A DNA stretch of 64,000 nucleotides from an uncultured Chthonomonadaceae bacterium (GCA_963817895.1 CAWFQB010000014.1:96001-160000), one strand, 5' to 3'. Positions 32,400 to 43,313 are shown, counted from the first letter of the stretch. Made by a program: numbers and translations. Notes: generated from the sequence alone by a model not told the origin.

Positions 32400-32676
32400 A
32401 TTACTGCTAAAGTGACACAGCAGCCTGACTGCATCCAGACAAGCGCGAAGGCAGAATAAGTATCGGGAGATAAGAAACGGGACACACAGGAAGGAATACG
32501 TGACTTTCCTCTGTTAGTATAGATTATACACTAAATTGTTCCCAAATCGTATCAAATTATCATTGGGAGAAAAAAAGCCGATATTGTTCGTAGAAACAGG
32601 GAGAGACTTGTAAAGAGTTGGACTCGTCATAAAGGTATGTGGAACAACGCGCAGGGAAATAAAGGCGGAAGCAAGC

Positions 32677-34149
32677 ATGGAACGTCGCATTTACGGGATT
32701 GAAACTGAGTTCGGATGTATGGTGCGCGATCCCTCCGTGGGAACGGCGGAAGAGGTCGTAGAGCAGGTGAAGGATCATGCGTTTTATGAGCGCAAGCTGG
32801 GCGTGATTGATCTTCATGCGCGCGATTATGCGTTTGAGCCTGCCCGCGCCGGAGGGTTTCTGAAAAACGGCGGACGCCTGTACATAGACGCGGTTGGCAG
32901 CCACGAGGAATACGCGACGGCGGAGTGCTGCGACCTGCTCGATCTGGTGCGCCATGACCGCGCGGGGCGCGCGCTGCTGGCGCAGTTGGTGGCCGAATTG
33001 AATCTGGAAGACGCGGTTAGTTTTCACAACAACAGCATTGACCATTTTGGCGGGCATACATTCGGCTGTCACGAGAATTATCTGGTGCAGATCGAAGACC
33101 GGTTTTTCACGGACGCGCTCTCCTATCTATTGCCGTTTCTGGTGACGCGCCAGATTTTCGCGGGTATCGGGCGCGTGGGGGGACATCGCCTGACGCGGCC
33201 TTCAAGCAAAAACAACATCATGACTCTGGGCGAGCATGAGGTGGATTATGTGTGGGTGTCGAACTTCTACGGCGTGGAGATTGATCCAAGCGTGGATTTT
33301 CAACTGAGCCAGCGCGCCGACCATATCGTAAAGACCATCAGTTCGCGTGTGCGCTTTAATCGCGCTATTATCAATCCCAAGTGGGACAGCTATTATTCGT
33401 ACAGCAACCTGCACCGTCTGCATATTCTGTTTGGCGAAAGCAATATGAGCGAGTACGCTTGCATGTTGAAGGTTGGCACGACGAGTTTGGTGCTGGATTT
33501 GATTGAAGAGGGCGCGGTTCCGCCGGATGTGGAGGTTGCCGACCCGCTGGAAACGTTGCGCTCCGTATCGCGCGACCCGACGATGAAATGGCCGGTAAAG
33601 ATGCGCAACGGCAAGGTGATTTCCGCCATAGATTTACAGCGGCGGTATCTGGACGCGGCGAAAAGGTATCTGCACCGTAAAGACCCGCAAACCGATATGG
33701 TACTGGGGGAGTGGGAAACTATTCTCAACGATCTGGAACAGGACCCGCTTTCCACATCGGATCGGCTGGACTGGTCCGCCAAGAAAACGCTGTATCAGCA
33801 ATATATTGATGAAACCGGCGGCAAATGGCAGGACGACATCATGCAATCGCTGGATTTGGAGTACCATAATATCAGTCCGAGCGCAGGGTTGTTTTACGGA
33901 CTGGAACAATCGGGGGCCATGCGCCGCCTGATTACGGATGAGCAGGTGGAACACGCGATTACCAGTCCGCCGGAAAACACTCGCGCATTGGGAAGGGGCC
34001 AGATCGTGGCGCAACTGATTAACAAGCCGGGTACGCGCTACGTCATAGATTGGGATGCCGTTTACATCGAGCGCAACCGCCAACTGGATTTGAAAAACCC
34101 CTTCCATACGTATGAAAAAGAGGCTGTCCGCTTTCTGCGGGGAGTTTGA
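32677..34149 (+). CDS. pafA: Pup/UBact-protein ligase PafA
   Basis: RRIYGIETEFG, FLKNGGRLYIDAVGSHEEYAT, FGCHENYL, SQRADHI, RLHILFGESNMSE, SLDLEYH. Confidence 0.9.
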   Translation: MERRIYGIETEFGCMVRDPSVGTAEEVVEQVKDHAFYERKLGVIDLHARDYAFEPARAGGFLKNGGRLYIDAVGSHEEYATAECCDLLDLVRHDRAGRALLAQLVAELNLEDAVSFHNNSIDHFGGHTFGCHENYLVQIEDRFFTDALSYLLPFLVTRQIFAGIGRVGGHRLTRPSSKNNIMTLGEHEVDYVWVSNFYGVEIDPSVDFQLSQRADHIVKTISSRVRFNRAIINPKWDSYYSYSNLHRLHILFGESNMSEYACMLKVGTTSLVLDLIEEGAVPPDVEVADPLETLRSVSRDPTMKWPVKMRNGKVISAIDLQRRYLDAAKRYLHRKDPQTDMVLGEWETILNDLEQDPLSTSDRLDWSAKKTLYQQYIDETGGKWQDDIMQSLDLEYHNISPSAGLFYGLEQSGAMRRLITDEQVEHAITSPPENTRALGRGQIVAQLINKPGTRYVIDWDAVYIERNRQLDLKNPFHTYEKEAVRFLRGV

Positions 34150-34165
34150 AGCAAAGGTGTAGCGT

Positions 34166-34579
34166 ATGAATAGAAACGATTTCAAGGCGATTGCCCGATT
34201 GCGACAACGCGAGGCAAAGGCATTGCTGTCAAGCAGAAACCATTCCGGCGCGTACTATCTGGCCGGGTATGTTGTCGAATGCGGTTTGAAAGCCTGTATC
34301 GCAAAGAAGACTCGGCGATTTGACTTCCCGGATAAGAAACTGGTTAATGACAGTTACACGCATGATCTAGCACTCTTAATCAAACATGCAGGTCTAAAGC
34401 CCATGTTTGATGCTGCAAAAGCAGCGGACAGTTATTTGGAAGTGAACTGGCGAGTTGTTCAGGATTGGTCGGAACAAAGTCGGTATGAGAGGCAAAATCG
34501 CAGTGAAGCGGAGGATTTGTATAACGCGATTAGTGACCCTACGCATGGAGTATTACAATGGCTGGAACGTTACTGGTGA
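34166..34579 (+). CDS. HEPN-like protein
   Basis: REAKALL..SGAYYLAGYVVECGLKACI..THDLALL..DWSEQSRY. Confidence 0.65.
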   Translation: MNRNDFKAIARLRQREAKALLSSRNHSGAYYLAGYVVECGLKACIAKKTRRFDFPDKKLVNDSYTHDLALLIKHAGLKPMFDAAKAADSYLEVNWRVVQDWSEQSRYERQNRSEAEDLYNAISDPTHGVLQWLERYW

Positions 34580-34941
34580 GGTTTCCTCTGGAGGCTGGCA
34601 GTCGTTTGATTGCAGAGTTAGATGCATTGAATTTTTCAATCAAAGCCGCATTATGGCTCTACAAACCTGAAATGGACTCTTGGGAACTTATAATTGCCAC
34701 ACCGTTGGTTGGTAAGTTAGGCCCGCTGAAAACATACGAAAAATTACGCTCGGTACTGAAAGGTTTTGGACCTCAATTTGACATCACTTTGGATGATGTG
34801 ACTGTGGTAAAGCCTAGCAGTAATTTGATTCGTTCTCTGCGTGATACGGTTCGAGTTGCTGTAGGTGATCAGGGCGTTCGATTGCGCAGAAACGCATTGC
34901 CGGACGCGCCAGAAGATACATACATCTATCGAATGCTGTAA
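34558..34941 (+). CDS. Hypothetical partner of the HEPN-like protein
   Basis: Overlaps the HEPN stop; AALWLY..SWELIIATP..YIYRM; lower GC like its partner. Confidence 0.6.
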   Translation: MAGTLLVRFPLEAGSRLIAELDALNFSIKAALWLYKPEMDSWELIIATPLVGKLGPLKTYEKLRSVLKGFGPQFDITLDDVTVVKPSSNLIRSLRDTVRVAVGDQGVRLRRNALPDAPEDTYIYRML

Positions 34942-35072
34942 ATTATGATACTCGTCCTAAATATTTCTCGCGTCGAGCTTTTTTGCTGCATGGTCCACAT
35001 CTGAGTACGAAGCGCGAAACCCATAAGTAGCGCGTGACGTATCGAAATGAAAGGTGAGCAAGTGGGGCAGGA

Positions 35073-35606
35073 ATGAATGTCACCATACACCGCGCTTTTC
35101 TTGGGATGGGTTCTAGTTTGGGCAATCGAAAGGCGCGTTTGCAGATGGCTTTAGATGGTTTGACGAGCGCGACGGGGAGTACGCGCGTTCTGGCGGTGTC
35201 GCCGTTGTACGAATCGCCGCATTTGGGATTGCAGCCGGAAGATGAGCAGAGGTATCCGGCGCATCTGAATTGTGTCGCGATTGTGGAAACAACACTAACG
35301 CCTATGGAATTGTTGCATCTGGTTCAGGAGATTGAAACGCAGGGGCAACGGCAGCGAACGGAACGCTGGGGGCCACGCACGATTGACATTGATTTGCTGC
35401 TTTATGACGCTGAGACAATGCAATCTGAAGTTCTGACACTCCCGCATCCTGAAATGAAGAGGCGGGCGTTTGTGCTGAAGCCTCTTTTTGATCTGGTTCC
35501 TGACCTTATTTTCCCGGACGAGCAGCCGCTGCGGGAACTGCTTCACTCCGACATCATACGCGCGCAACCGATTGAGCGGGTACAAGACGATGAACTATTT
35601 ATATGA
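35073..35606 (+). CDS. folK: 2-amino-4-hydroxy-6-hydroxymethyldihydropteridine diphosphokinase
   Basis: FLGMGSSLGNR, SPLYES, ERWGPRTIDIDLLLY, LTLPHPEM..RAFVL.PL. Confidence 0.93.
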   Translation: MNVTIHRAFLGMGSSLGNRKARLQMALDGLTSATGSTRVLAVSPLYESPHLGLQPEDEQRYPAHLNCVAIVETTLTPMELLHLVQEIETQGQRQRTERWGPRTIDIDLLLYDAETMQSEVLTLPHPEMKRRAFVLKPLFDLVPDLIFPDEQPLRELLHSDIIRAQPIERVQDDELFI

Positions 35607-37174
35607 GGCCGTAGATGAGCAGGGCTTGCCCGTCTTCGGTAAAATCGAAGCGAAAACAGAAGCGGAAGCGCAGCGCGAATTACAGCAGCGCGGCCTGCGC
35701 CCACAGTCGCTTGCGCCGTCAGGAGGAAACAGAGAACAGGGGACAGGTAACAGGGAGGAATACGTAAGCCCGCTTCTCAATCCACAATCCACAATCCACA
35801 ATCGGCAATCGGCAATCGGCAATCAAACCACCCAATACCCATCCGTTCAGGATAGAATGAATGTCAATCCGGCGATGCAGGAGGTGACGAGTATCGGCAC
35901 GGTGGCGGCTGCGCCGCGTCCAGTTCGCATGACGGTGGCGACGGCAAGCGCGCCGGTTGCGGAACAAAAGGCGAAGGTCGGCAATATTACGCTGGCGGGC
36001 AATGCGGCGAAGAGTGCAGGCGCGGGCGACGCAAACGAAAGCCGCTTCCACAGACACGTCCGGGCGTAACGACGCAGGCGGAGCAGGCTTCCGATCTGGG
36101 CGGCGTGAAAACGCGCGATTTGCAGTTTTTTTTCCGGCAGTTTTCCAGTTTCAGCCACAGCGGTATCACGATATTCAGCGCGTTGGAAAATCTGGGGTCG
36201 CGCACTCCCAATCCCAATCTGGCGCTCACGGCGCGGGAAATGAGCGAGGTGGCGCGAAGCGGCGGCATGATTTCCGACGTGATGAAGAAGTACCCGCGCA
36301 TCTACCCGGAGCATGTGACCGGCATGGTGCTGGCGGGCGAAACCGGCGGCTTTATAGACATCGCGCTTGCCGAAATCGCGGATGGGTACGACGCCAATAT
36401 CAAACTATATCGGGGGGCATGGCTGCCCAAAACAATGGCGATACAGGCGTTTTTGATGCTGCCCATTTGTAATTCCGCTATTTCCCATTCTGTTCCGGAG
36501 TTTTGATTTTCACGCCAATCTCGTCGCCTATTTCAAAGTGTTGATGTTTATCAGCCTGCCGATCAGTCTTGCGCTGATGGCGATTGGTAATTTTTGCCGG
36601 ACGGACGCTGCAATTGCCGCAGTATCGGTATTTACGCGATAGCTGGTCGCTGAAGATTCCCGCGTTCGGGAATTTGCAGCGCGAAGTGGCGGTTCGGAAT
36701 TTTCTGCGGATGCTGCGGCGTTTGTATCATGCCGGGGTCGCGCCGATTCATGCGTGGGAAGGCGCGATGAACACGGCAAGCAACGTCGTGGTTCGCGATC
36801 AGCTTGCGCGTTCGTATGAGCTGATGCAGTCGGGCGCGAGTTTGCCGGAAGCGTTTCAGGCGACGGGATTGTTTGCCAATCAGGTGGAACAGATGGTGTT
36901 TACGGGGCAACAGTCGGGGCAGGTTATGGAGATGCTGGATCAGGCGCAGGCGTATTATGAAGAAAAGGTGGAGATCGCCACCGGCAAAGCGCGTTTTATG
37001 ATGTTTCGGATTGGACTGCTTGCGATGTTGATTTTCGGCGGCGGGGCTTTGATATGGATGATGCATAGTTATTACGCTGCCGTATTTCATGTCGTGGAGA
37101 CGGAAGTAGGCGGAATAGCGATGGACTGCGGGAGCGGGGACGGAGACAAGCATCATGCCGCAGTTTACCTATAG
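35590..37174 (+). CDS. Type II secretion F / PilC family protein, paralogue 1 (frameshifted)
   Basis: MNYLYEAVDEQG..GKIEAKT, FFRQFSSFSHSGI, AGETGG, TGQQSGQVMEML. Confidence 0.8.
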
Positions 37175-38892
37175 CGCGACGGACACGACGGGAAATGTCA
37201 TCGAGGGGATGGTTTCTGCCAATGATATGATGGTGGCCGCCGATCAGGTGCGCCGCATGGGCTATACGCCCGTCCGCGTGGAGGTCACGGAGGGCGCGTT
37301 TCCCTCAACACGCCCGCTCACACCGACAGTAAATAGTGGTCAGGGGCCAGTGGTCAGTGGTCAGGGTATGCAAACTGCGCTGCTCAACCCCGAAGTCGAG
37401 TACCAACCCCCAACCCCGCAACGCTCCCGCCGTTCTTGATTTGAGCCAGATGTACGCGACGCCGGAGGCTACGGCGAACACGCTGAATACGCTGCTGGCT
37501 CCGACGCTTACGGCCCCGGCAGAACTGACGACTGCGCCGGGGCGGATGATGGAACCCTGGGAACGCAGCGTGGCGGCGAGTGGGGCGACAGGTCAGGAAT
37601 TGACCGCGCCGGAAACCGTTGGCGAGAACATGCAGAGTGTGGGCGCGGCGAATGTGGCGAGTACCAGTCTGACGAACGCGCCGGTGACAAGTTCTGCCAC
37701 ATTGAACGCGTCAGGGCAACTGGTAACGGGCGCGAGGGTTCAGGGGCGCGAGGGTATCCGTATCCCCTACGGCGCGGGTATCACGCGGGATTCCGGCACA
37801 TGGCAGCGGTTTGTGGAGATGTTCGTTTATCCGATCCGTTCCGGGGTCGTGCTGAAAGAACTCGCGCCGTATCTGCGCCAGTTCGCCACGCTGATTAATG
37901 CCGGACTGCCGCTGTATCAATCGCTGGTCGCGCTGGAAAGCAATACGCCCAATCCAAGACTGAAGGAGATCACGCGAGAAGCGCAGCGGCAGGTACAGGC
38001 GGGCGGCAAATTCTCCGATGTTATGGCGGCTTACCCCTGGATTTTTCAGCCGATGCAGGTGGCGATGGTGCGGGCGGCGGAACAGGGCGGTATGCTGGAT
38101 GTGACGCTGAAGCAGATCGCGGATTATGTAGACCACGATCTGGAAATCCGGCGTTTAATCAGCCGCGAAACTTTGTACCCGAAAATAACCATGTTTATCG
38201 CGGTGATGATCTTAGGCAGCCATGGGTTTGTGGGAGGCATGCCGGCCATTGCAAAGTTAATCGTGGGCGGCATGGGTGGAGCAACTTATACCGTGGGGAA
38301 CTACCTTTCCGAAACGGTAGGCTTCGCGTTGATGTTTGCCATTCCGGTTGTTGTAGCTTCCATCGTGTGCAGGCTGTTTTTGTTCAATGTTGCGGGTGTG
38401 CGCGAGGGTTACGACTCGTTCAAGATGGCGATACCGGTGATAGGCAATATTTCGCGCATGTTCGCGACCGCCAAGTTTGCCCGCACATATGCCGCCCTTT
38501 ATCATGGCGGATTCGCCGCAAGTACGGCTCTGGAAATTGCCGGGGATGCCAGCGGCAATGCCGTAATGCGTCGGGCGGCCATAAACGCCATACCTGAAGT
38601 GGAAAAGGGCGGGCTGGTATCAGTTGGATTGGCGCGATCCTCGGCGTTTCCACCCATGGCGTTGGATATGCTGCGCACGGGCGAAACAACCGGCGCGCTG
38701 GATCAGATGCTCGACAGCGTGGCGGATTATTACGAGGCGGAAGGCAAGCAAAAAGCCCATCAGGGCGCAATGATTTTCGGCGTGGTTGTGTTCCTGATCG
38801 TGGCGGTGATTGTTGGCAACGCGATCATTCATCTGTATATGGGCATGGCGCAGCAGAGTACAACCGTACCCGATGATGGACATGGGGATTAG
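37155..38892 (+). CDS. pilC: Type II secretion F / PilC family protein, paralogue 2 (frameshift near 37420)
   Basis: MPQFTYSATDTTG, RQFATLINAGLPL, AAEQGGML, LYP, TGETTGALDQMLDSVADYYE. Confidence 0.85.
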
Positions 38893-38893
38893 T

Positions 38894-38940
38894 CCTCAAC
38901 CCCCCGGCCCCCTTCTCCCAAAAAAGCCTGGGAGAAGGGG
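38894..38940. repeat. REP-like palindrome family B
   Basis: Same sequence as 6174-6220. Confidence 0.85.
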
Positions 38941-38997
38941 GAGCATTTCAATCAAAGTTTTGCGCGTTCAGGCTTTATTCAGCGTCGAAAGCGGTAG

Positions 38998-40419
38998 ATG
39001 AGCAGTTCCAGCAAAGACTATTATGCCATAATGGGGTTGAACGCGCAGGCGGGCGGGGACGAGATCAAGAAGCGTTACCGGGAACTGGCGCGGCGTTATC
39101 ATCCCGATGTAAACCCCAAACCGGAAGCCGCGCAGAAGATCAAGGAGATCAACGAGGCGTATTCCGTGCTTGGGGATGCGGAACGCCGCGCTTCTTATGA
39201 TGGCGACCGAGTTTTTGAGGCGCGAATGGCGGCTTCGTCTGCTGCCACTCCCACTTCTGCGCCACGCGCCGCAACGCCTTCACAGCCGCCGCGCCCTGCC
39301 GCCAATACAAATCGGGCAGGAGGAGCGCGGCCTGTTCGCCCGACTCCGCCACCCAATCGCGCCGGAAGTTCGTATAACAGAAATCCATCAAATGTCGCGG
39401 ACACGGATTGGGACTCGCTGCTGTATGGACGGCGGCAGGGGGATACGAACTCGCGTCCCCGCGCCGCAACAGGCCCGACTCGCCCGGAACCCGCGCCGAC
39501 ATTTGAACAGGCGGAGGCTGCCGCCAACCGGGACCGGGCTGCCGCGCAGCGCAAAGCCAATGAGCGGGCGGGGGACATAAAGCGGCTGGTGGGGGAAGCG
39601 CAACTTGCTTTTATCAATCGCAGGTATGCTGAAGCGGAAGATTTCAGTCGGCAGGTGATTCGTCTGGATAATCGCAACGCGATGGCGTATGAACTACTGG
39701 GCGATGTGGCTCGCAAGCAGGGCAATACGGACGCGGCGATACAGGCATATACGCTGGCCGTGCAGTTGAACCCGCGCAATCAGAGCGTACAGGCAAATTT
39801 AGACCGATTGATGGGCGTTGGCGGCAAAATGGCGTCTCATGGCCCAACTCTTGCCCGAACGCCGCATGTGCCACTGGCGCAGCGCGTGAGCAGCGACGCC
39901 CTTGTGAACGGCGTGGGCGCGGCGTCGCTGGTGGGATTGGGCGGCTGTCTTGGCGCGTTCACTATGTTTCCGGGTACGGGACTTATTTTAGGGCTATCGC
40001 TGAATCTGCTGTTTGCGCTGGTGGTTTGCGGCGCGCTTGGCGGCGTGTTGCTTGCGCTGTATGGCGGTATGAGGCCGCAGGCGCAGGAACTGGCGGGGCG
40101 GCGGGATGGGCGCAGTCCCGTGCCGCTGAACAGCGTCCTTGCTTTGCTGTCGCTGGTGTGGTTTTTTGTATCCTTGCTGGCGTACGTTGTGGTAAGCATT
40201 ACCCAAAATCGCGTATCGGCGTCCGTGCTGCGGGCGTATGGGCTGGCATTGCTGCTGAATGTTGTTTTTATCCTGCTGTATCATCCTGTGGAGGGTTTGT
40301 CGGATGGCGGGGTCAGCGTTCCCACGGCGATGTTTGCCGGAAACTTGCTGTTCCCCTCTATTTTGTTTGGCTGGAAGATTGGGGATACGCTGCGGCTGGG
40401 ACGCTACGGGAGAGATTAA
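38998..40419 (+). CDS. J-domain (DnaJ-like) protein with TPRs and C-terminal membrane region
   Basis: DYYAIMGL..YRELARRYHPDVN (HPD); TPR AYELLGDV..AIQAYTLAVQLNP; about five TM helices. Confidence 0.85.
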   Translation: MSSSSKDYYAIMGLNAQAGGDEIKKRYRELARRYHPDVNPKPEAAQKIKEINEAYSVLGDAERRASYDGDRVFEARMAASSAATPTSAPRAATPSQPPRPAANTNRAGGARPVRPTPPPNRAGSSYNRNPSNVADTDWDSLLYGRRQGDTNSRPRAATGPTRPEPAPTFEQAEAAANRDRAAAQRKANERAGDIKRLVGEAQLAFINRRYAEAEDFSRQVIRLDNRNAMAYELLGDVARKQGNTDAAIQAYTLAVQLNPRNQSVQANLDRLMGVGGKMASHGPTLARTPHVPLAQRVSSDALVNGVGAASLVGLGGCLGAFTMFPGTGLILGLSLNLLFALVVCGALGGVLLALYGGMRPQAQELAGRRDGRSPVPLNSVLALLSLVWFFVSLLAYVVVSITQNRVSASVLRAYGLALLLNVVFILLYHPVEGLSDGGVSVPTAMFAGNLLFPSILFGWKIGDTLRLGRYGRD

Positions 40420-41457
40420 ATGGCGAACAATATGGGAAAGGCCATTGACACCGTGCCGTTGTTCGACCCAAACGACGGCATGATTGTCCGCGCGCCGTTG
40501 GGAGAGGGCGCGGGATGGTGGGCGGGCGCGCCGGGCGCGAGTTTCGATGCCGCAACGAACACTTTTTATCTTGTCTACCGCCTGCGGCAACCCCGCGAGT
40601 TGGGCCGGGGCGTGGAATGCCGAATTGCGGCAAGCGACAATGGCGTGACATTCAAGGATATATGGGCGCTGCCGAAAACTTCGCTTGCCGCGCTGTCGCT
40701 GGAGCGTTCCAGTCTGCTGCGCGGGCTGGATGGCAGGTGGCGGCTGTATCTGAGTTATGTCAGCGAAGAGGATCAGAAGTGGCGCATCAGCCTGCTGGAA
40801 GCGGACGAGCCGGACGGTTTTGATCTGCACAATCTGCAAGTCGTAATGACGCCGGACGCGATAGGGGCGGAGGGCGTGAAAGACCCCAACGTCATACTGA
40901 TTGGCAGGATGTACTACATGCTGGTCAGTTACGCGACCCGGGTAAGCGATCTGCCGGTGGCAGCGCAGCAGAATAGACATGCGACGGGCGATATTTACAA
41001 TACCGGGCTGACCTTATCGCGAACGGGCGCGGCTGTGAGCGGCGATGGACGGCATTTTCAGTGGCTTGGAGATGTTTCGCCCGTGTCAAATCCGCTGCTC
41101 ACTGGCGGCTACAGCATCGAAACTCCCGGTGTGGCTGTCGCGCCCGCATGGGATGGATACTGTCGCCGTATTGGAGCCGTATTGCCGCTGGATACAGGCG
41201 GGTATCTGGCCTTTTATGATGGCAGCGCGTCCGTATCGGAAAACTATGAGGAGCGTACCGGGCTGGCGCACTCGTTCGATTTACGAACGTTTTACTCGCT
41301 TTCCCCTGTCGGTCCCGCGCTGGTTTCGCCCCATGCAAGCGGCAGCCTGCGCTATGTGGACGCGCTTCCGGTGGGACACGAGTTATTCTATTATTATGAA
41401 GTCGCTACGCCGGATGGTTCGCATGAACTGCGCGTCAGCGTCGTGGAGCAGGATTGA
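40420..41457 (+). CDS. Five-bladed beta-propeller glycoside hydrolase-like protein
   Basis: WAGAPG, FYLVYRLR, SDNGVTF, VKDPNV, SGDGRHF, SLRYVD. Confidence 0.6.
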   Translation: MANNMGKAIDTVPLFDPNDGMIVRAPLGEGAGWWAGAPGASFDAATNTFYLVYRLRQPRELGRGVECRIAASDNGVTFKDIWALPKTSLAALSLERSSLLRGLDGRWRLYLSYVSEEDQKWRISLLEADEPDGFDLHNLQVVMTPDAIGAEGVKDPNVILIGRMYYMLVSYATRVSDLPVAAQQNRHATGDIYNTGLTLSRTGAAVSGDGRHFQWLGDVSPVSNPLLTGGYSIETPGVAVAPAWDGYCRRIGAVLPLDTGGYLAFYDGSASVSENYEERTGLAHSFDLRTFYSLSPVGPALVSPHASGSLRYVDALPVGHELFYYYEVATPDGSHELRVSVVEQD

Positions 41458-41498
41458 AGGTTTTCAATAGGAGTGTATTAACAGTGTTCTCTTTACAC

Positions 41499-42377
41499 AT
41501 GTCGCGCCAAGGTGTTAATCTTTGTATGTTGTCGGCGGTATTTGCCTGTGGCGGTTCTGCTGTCGCTCACGCGGATGCGCAGGCGCAGGATATACTCAAG
41601 AAGATGGCGGCGGTGTATGACGTAAGATCGTTTCAGGGAACGGTGACGCGGAATGAAACGGGTACGACGGACGAGAACAAGCCTTATACCTTGAGCAGTG
41701 TCGAGGAGATCACGTTCAGGCAGCCCAATCTGTATACTATCAAGAACTCCGGGCCGGGAGTGGGCGGAACGCAAATTGTGATGTGCAACGGCAAAGAGAC
41801 GATCAGTTACGCTTCCGCGCGGAATCAGTACGTTAAACAGCCGGTTCTTCCGGGCGCAGCCGTTAACCAGAATACGTCGCTGCTGTCGTTACTCGGTATA
41901 CGGTTCGACGCGCAAAGCGGCAGGTTAGTGGGTTCCACAACGATGGGCGGCAAAGCGGCGTATGTGGTGCAGGTTGTGCCGCCCTCTGCCGCTCTGCCGC
42001 TCAATGCGCCCGCAAAGGAAAAGGCGCAGTTGGAACAGTTGAAAAAGTTGCTGGTTCCCTCCGAACTGGTGATTGACAAAAAAGATTACCATCTGCTGAA
42101 AGTGACGCAAACGACGCCCGCCATGAAAATGATGAAAACGCTGGTAATCACGCAGCAAACGCTGAATCCCAATGTAGCGGACAGCGTGTTCGTGTTTACG
42201 CCGCCGTCGGGAGCGAAGCAGGGGACGCGGACAGCACAGGACGCGCGGGCATTAATGGCGGGCGGCGTCAATGGAAAACCCGGCGGTGCGGGGGCGCGCG
42301 TCAGCAGTGGGGGTGGCAGTCCGGTTCCCCCTCCCCACGCCAGCCCCGGCGGGAACGGAACCGCGCGCAAGCCATAA
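41499..42377 (+). CDS. Exported LolA-like (DUF2092-like) protein
   Basis: Signal peptide; ILKKMAAVY, FRQPN, CNGK, NQY, IDKKDYHL, FVFTPPSGAK. Confidence 0.65.
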   Translation: MSRQGVNLCMLSAVFACGGSAVAHADAQAQDILKKMAAVYDVRSFQGTVTRNETGTTDENKPYTLSSVEEITFRQPNLYTIKNSGPGVGGTQIVMCNGKETISYASARNQYVKQPVLPGAAVNQNTSLLSLLGIRFDAQSGRLVGSTTMGGKAAYVVQVVPPSAALPLNAPAKEKAQLEQLKKLLVPSELVIDKKDYHLLKVTQTTPAMKMMKTLVITQQTLNPNVADSVFVFTPPSGAKQGTRTAQDARALMAGGVNGKPGGAGARVSSGGGSPVPPPHASPGGNGTARKP

Positions 42378-42441
42378 ATATGTATTTGGTGTTCGGTGTT
42401 CGGTATTCGGCATAAAGACGATACCTGAGATTGCGAGGAGT

Positions 42442-43095
42442 ATGGCTGCTGGTTCGAATGTGTTACGAATTTATATTGTTCGGCATGGCGTTACGGCGTG
42501 GAATCGCGAGATGCGGATGCAGGGTCATACCGATGTCGCGCTGCATGAGGATGGCAGGGCGCAGGCCGAGCAACTGGCAAAGCGGCTTACCACGTCCGCT
42601 TATCCCCCGGATACGATCTATTCCAGCGATTTGAGTCGGGCGCGGGACACAGCGGAAACGATTGCGCGTCCGATGAGTCTGACTGTGCAGACGAGCGAAG
42701 CGCTGCGGGAAACGTGTCTTGGCGAGTGGGAAGGGCTAACCCGCGAAGAGATTGAAGCGCGTGGCGATGCGGAATTGCTGGCGAACTACCTGCATGACTC
42801 ACACCGCTACCGCCCTCCCAACTCGGAAACACTGGAAGCCGTGTGGGAACGGATGAACGGCGTTCTGGACGCTATCCGCCGCGACCACAAAAGCGGGACT
42901 GTTGCCATTGTCGGGCATGGCGGCAGTTTACGCGCCCTGCTATGCGCCGCGCTGGATGCGCCTCTCAGTTCCATGCGTCATTTATGGCTGGACAACGCCT
43001 CTTTAAGTATCATCGAGGAGTCCGGCCCGCTCGAACAGCGTCACCGCCGCGTAATACTGGTGAATGACGTGAGTCACTTAGGGATTGGGGATTAG
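42442..43095 (+). CDS. Histidine phosphatase (phosphoglycerate mutase family)
   Basis: IVRHGVTAWN, YSSDLSRARDTA, LRETCLGEWEG, VGHGG, NDVSHL. Confidence 0.92.
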   Translation: MAAGSNVLRIYIVRHGVTAWNREMRMQGHTDVALHEDGRAQAEQLAKRLTTSAYPPDTIYSSDLSRARDTAETIARPMSLTVQTSEALRETCLGEWEGLTREEIEARGDAELLANYLHDSHRYRPPNSETLEAVWERMNGVLDAIRRDHKSGTVAIVGHGGSLRALLCAALDAPLSSMRHLWLDNASLSIIEESGPLEQRHRRVILVNDVSHLGIGD

Positions 43096-43159
43096 GAAAA
43101 TACGTGTCTACTCTACTGTACATAGAGTGGAAATTTGGTTTCTAAAACTCTAAAACCAT

Positions 43160-43289
43160 TACCGTTCAAATAAGGCGTTTTTCACCTCGAAAGAAACCAT
43201 GTAGGGACACAACTTGTTGTGCCCTCCTCCGTCATGGCGCAATGCGGACACAACAAGTTGTGTCCCTACAAACGCTTATTTGAACGGTA
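43160..43289. repeat. Nested palindromic element with GTAG-type REP-like core
   Basis: Outer TACCGTTCAAATAAG/CTTATTTGAACGGTA; inner TGTAGGGACACAACTTGTTGTG/CACAACAAGTTGTGTCCCTACA. Confidence 0.8.
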
Positions 43290-43313
43290 TTGACCCTAAA
43301 ACCCTAAATCCCT

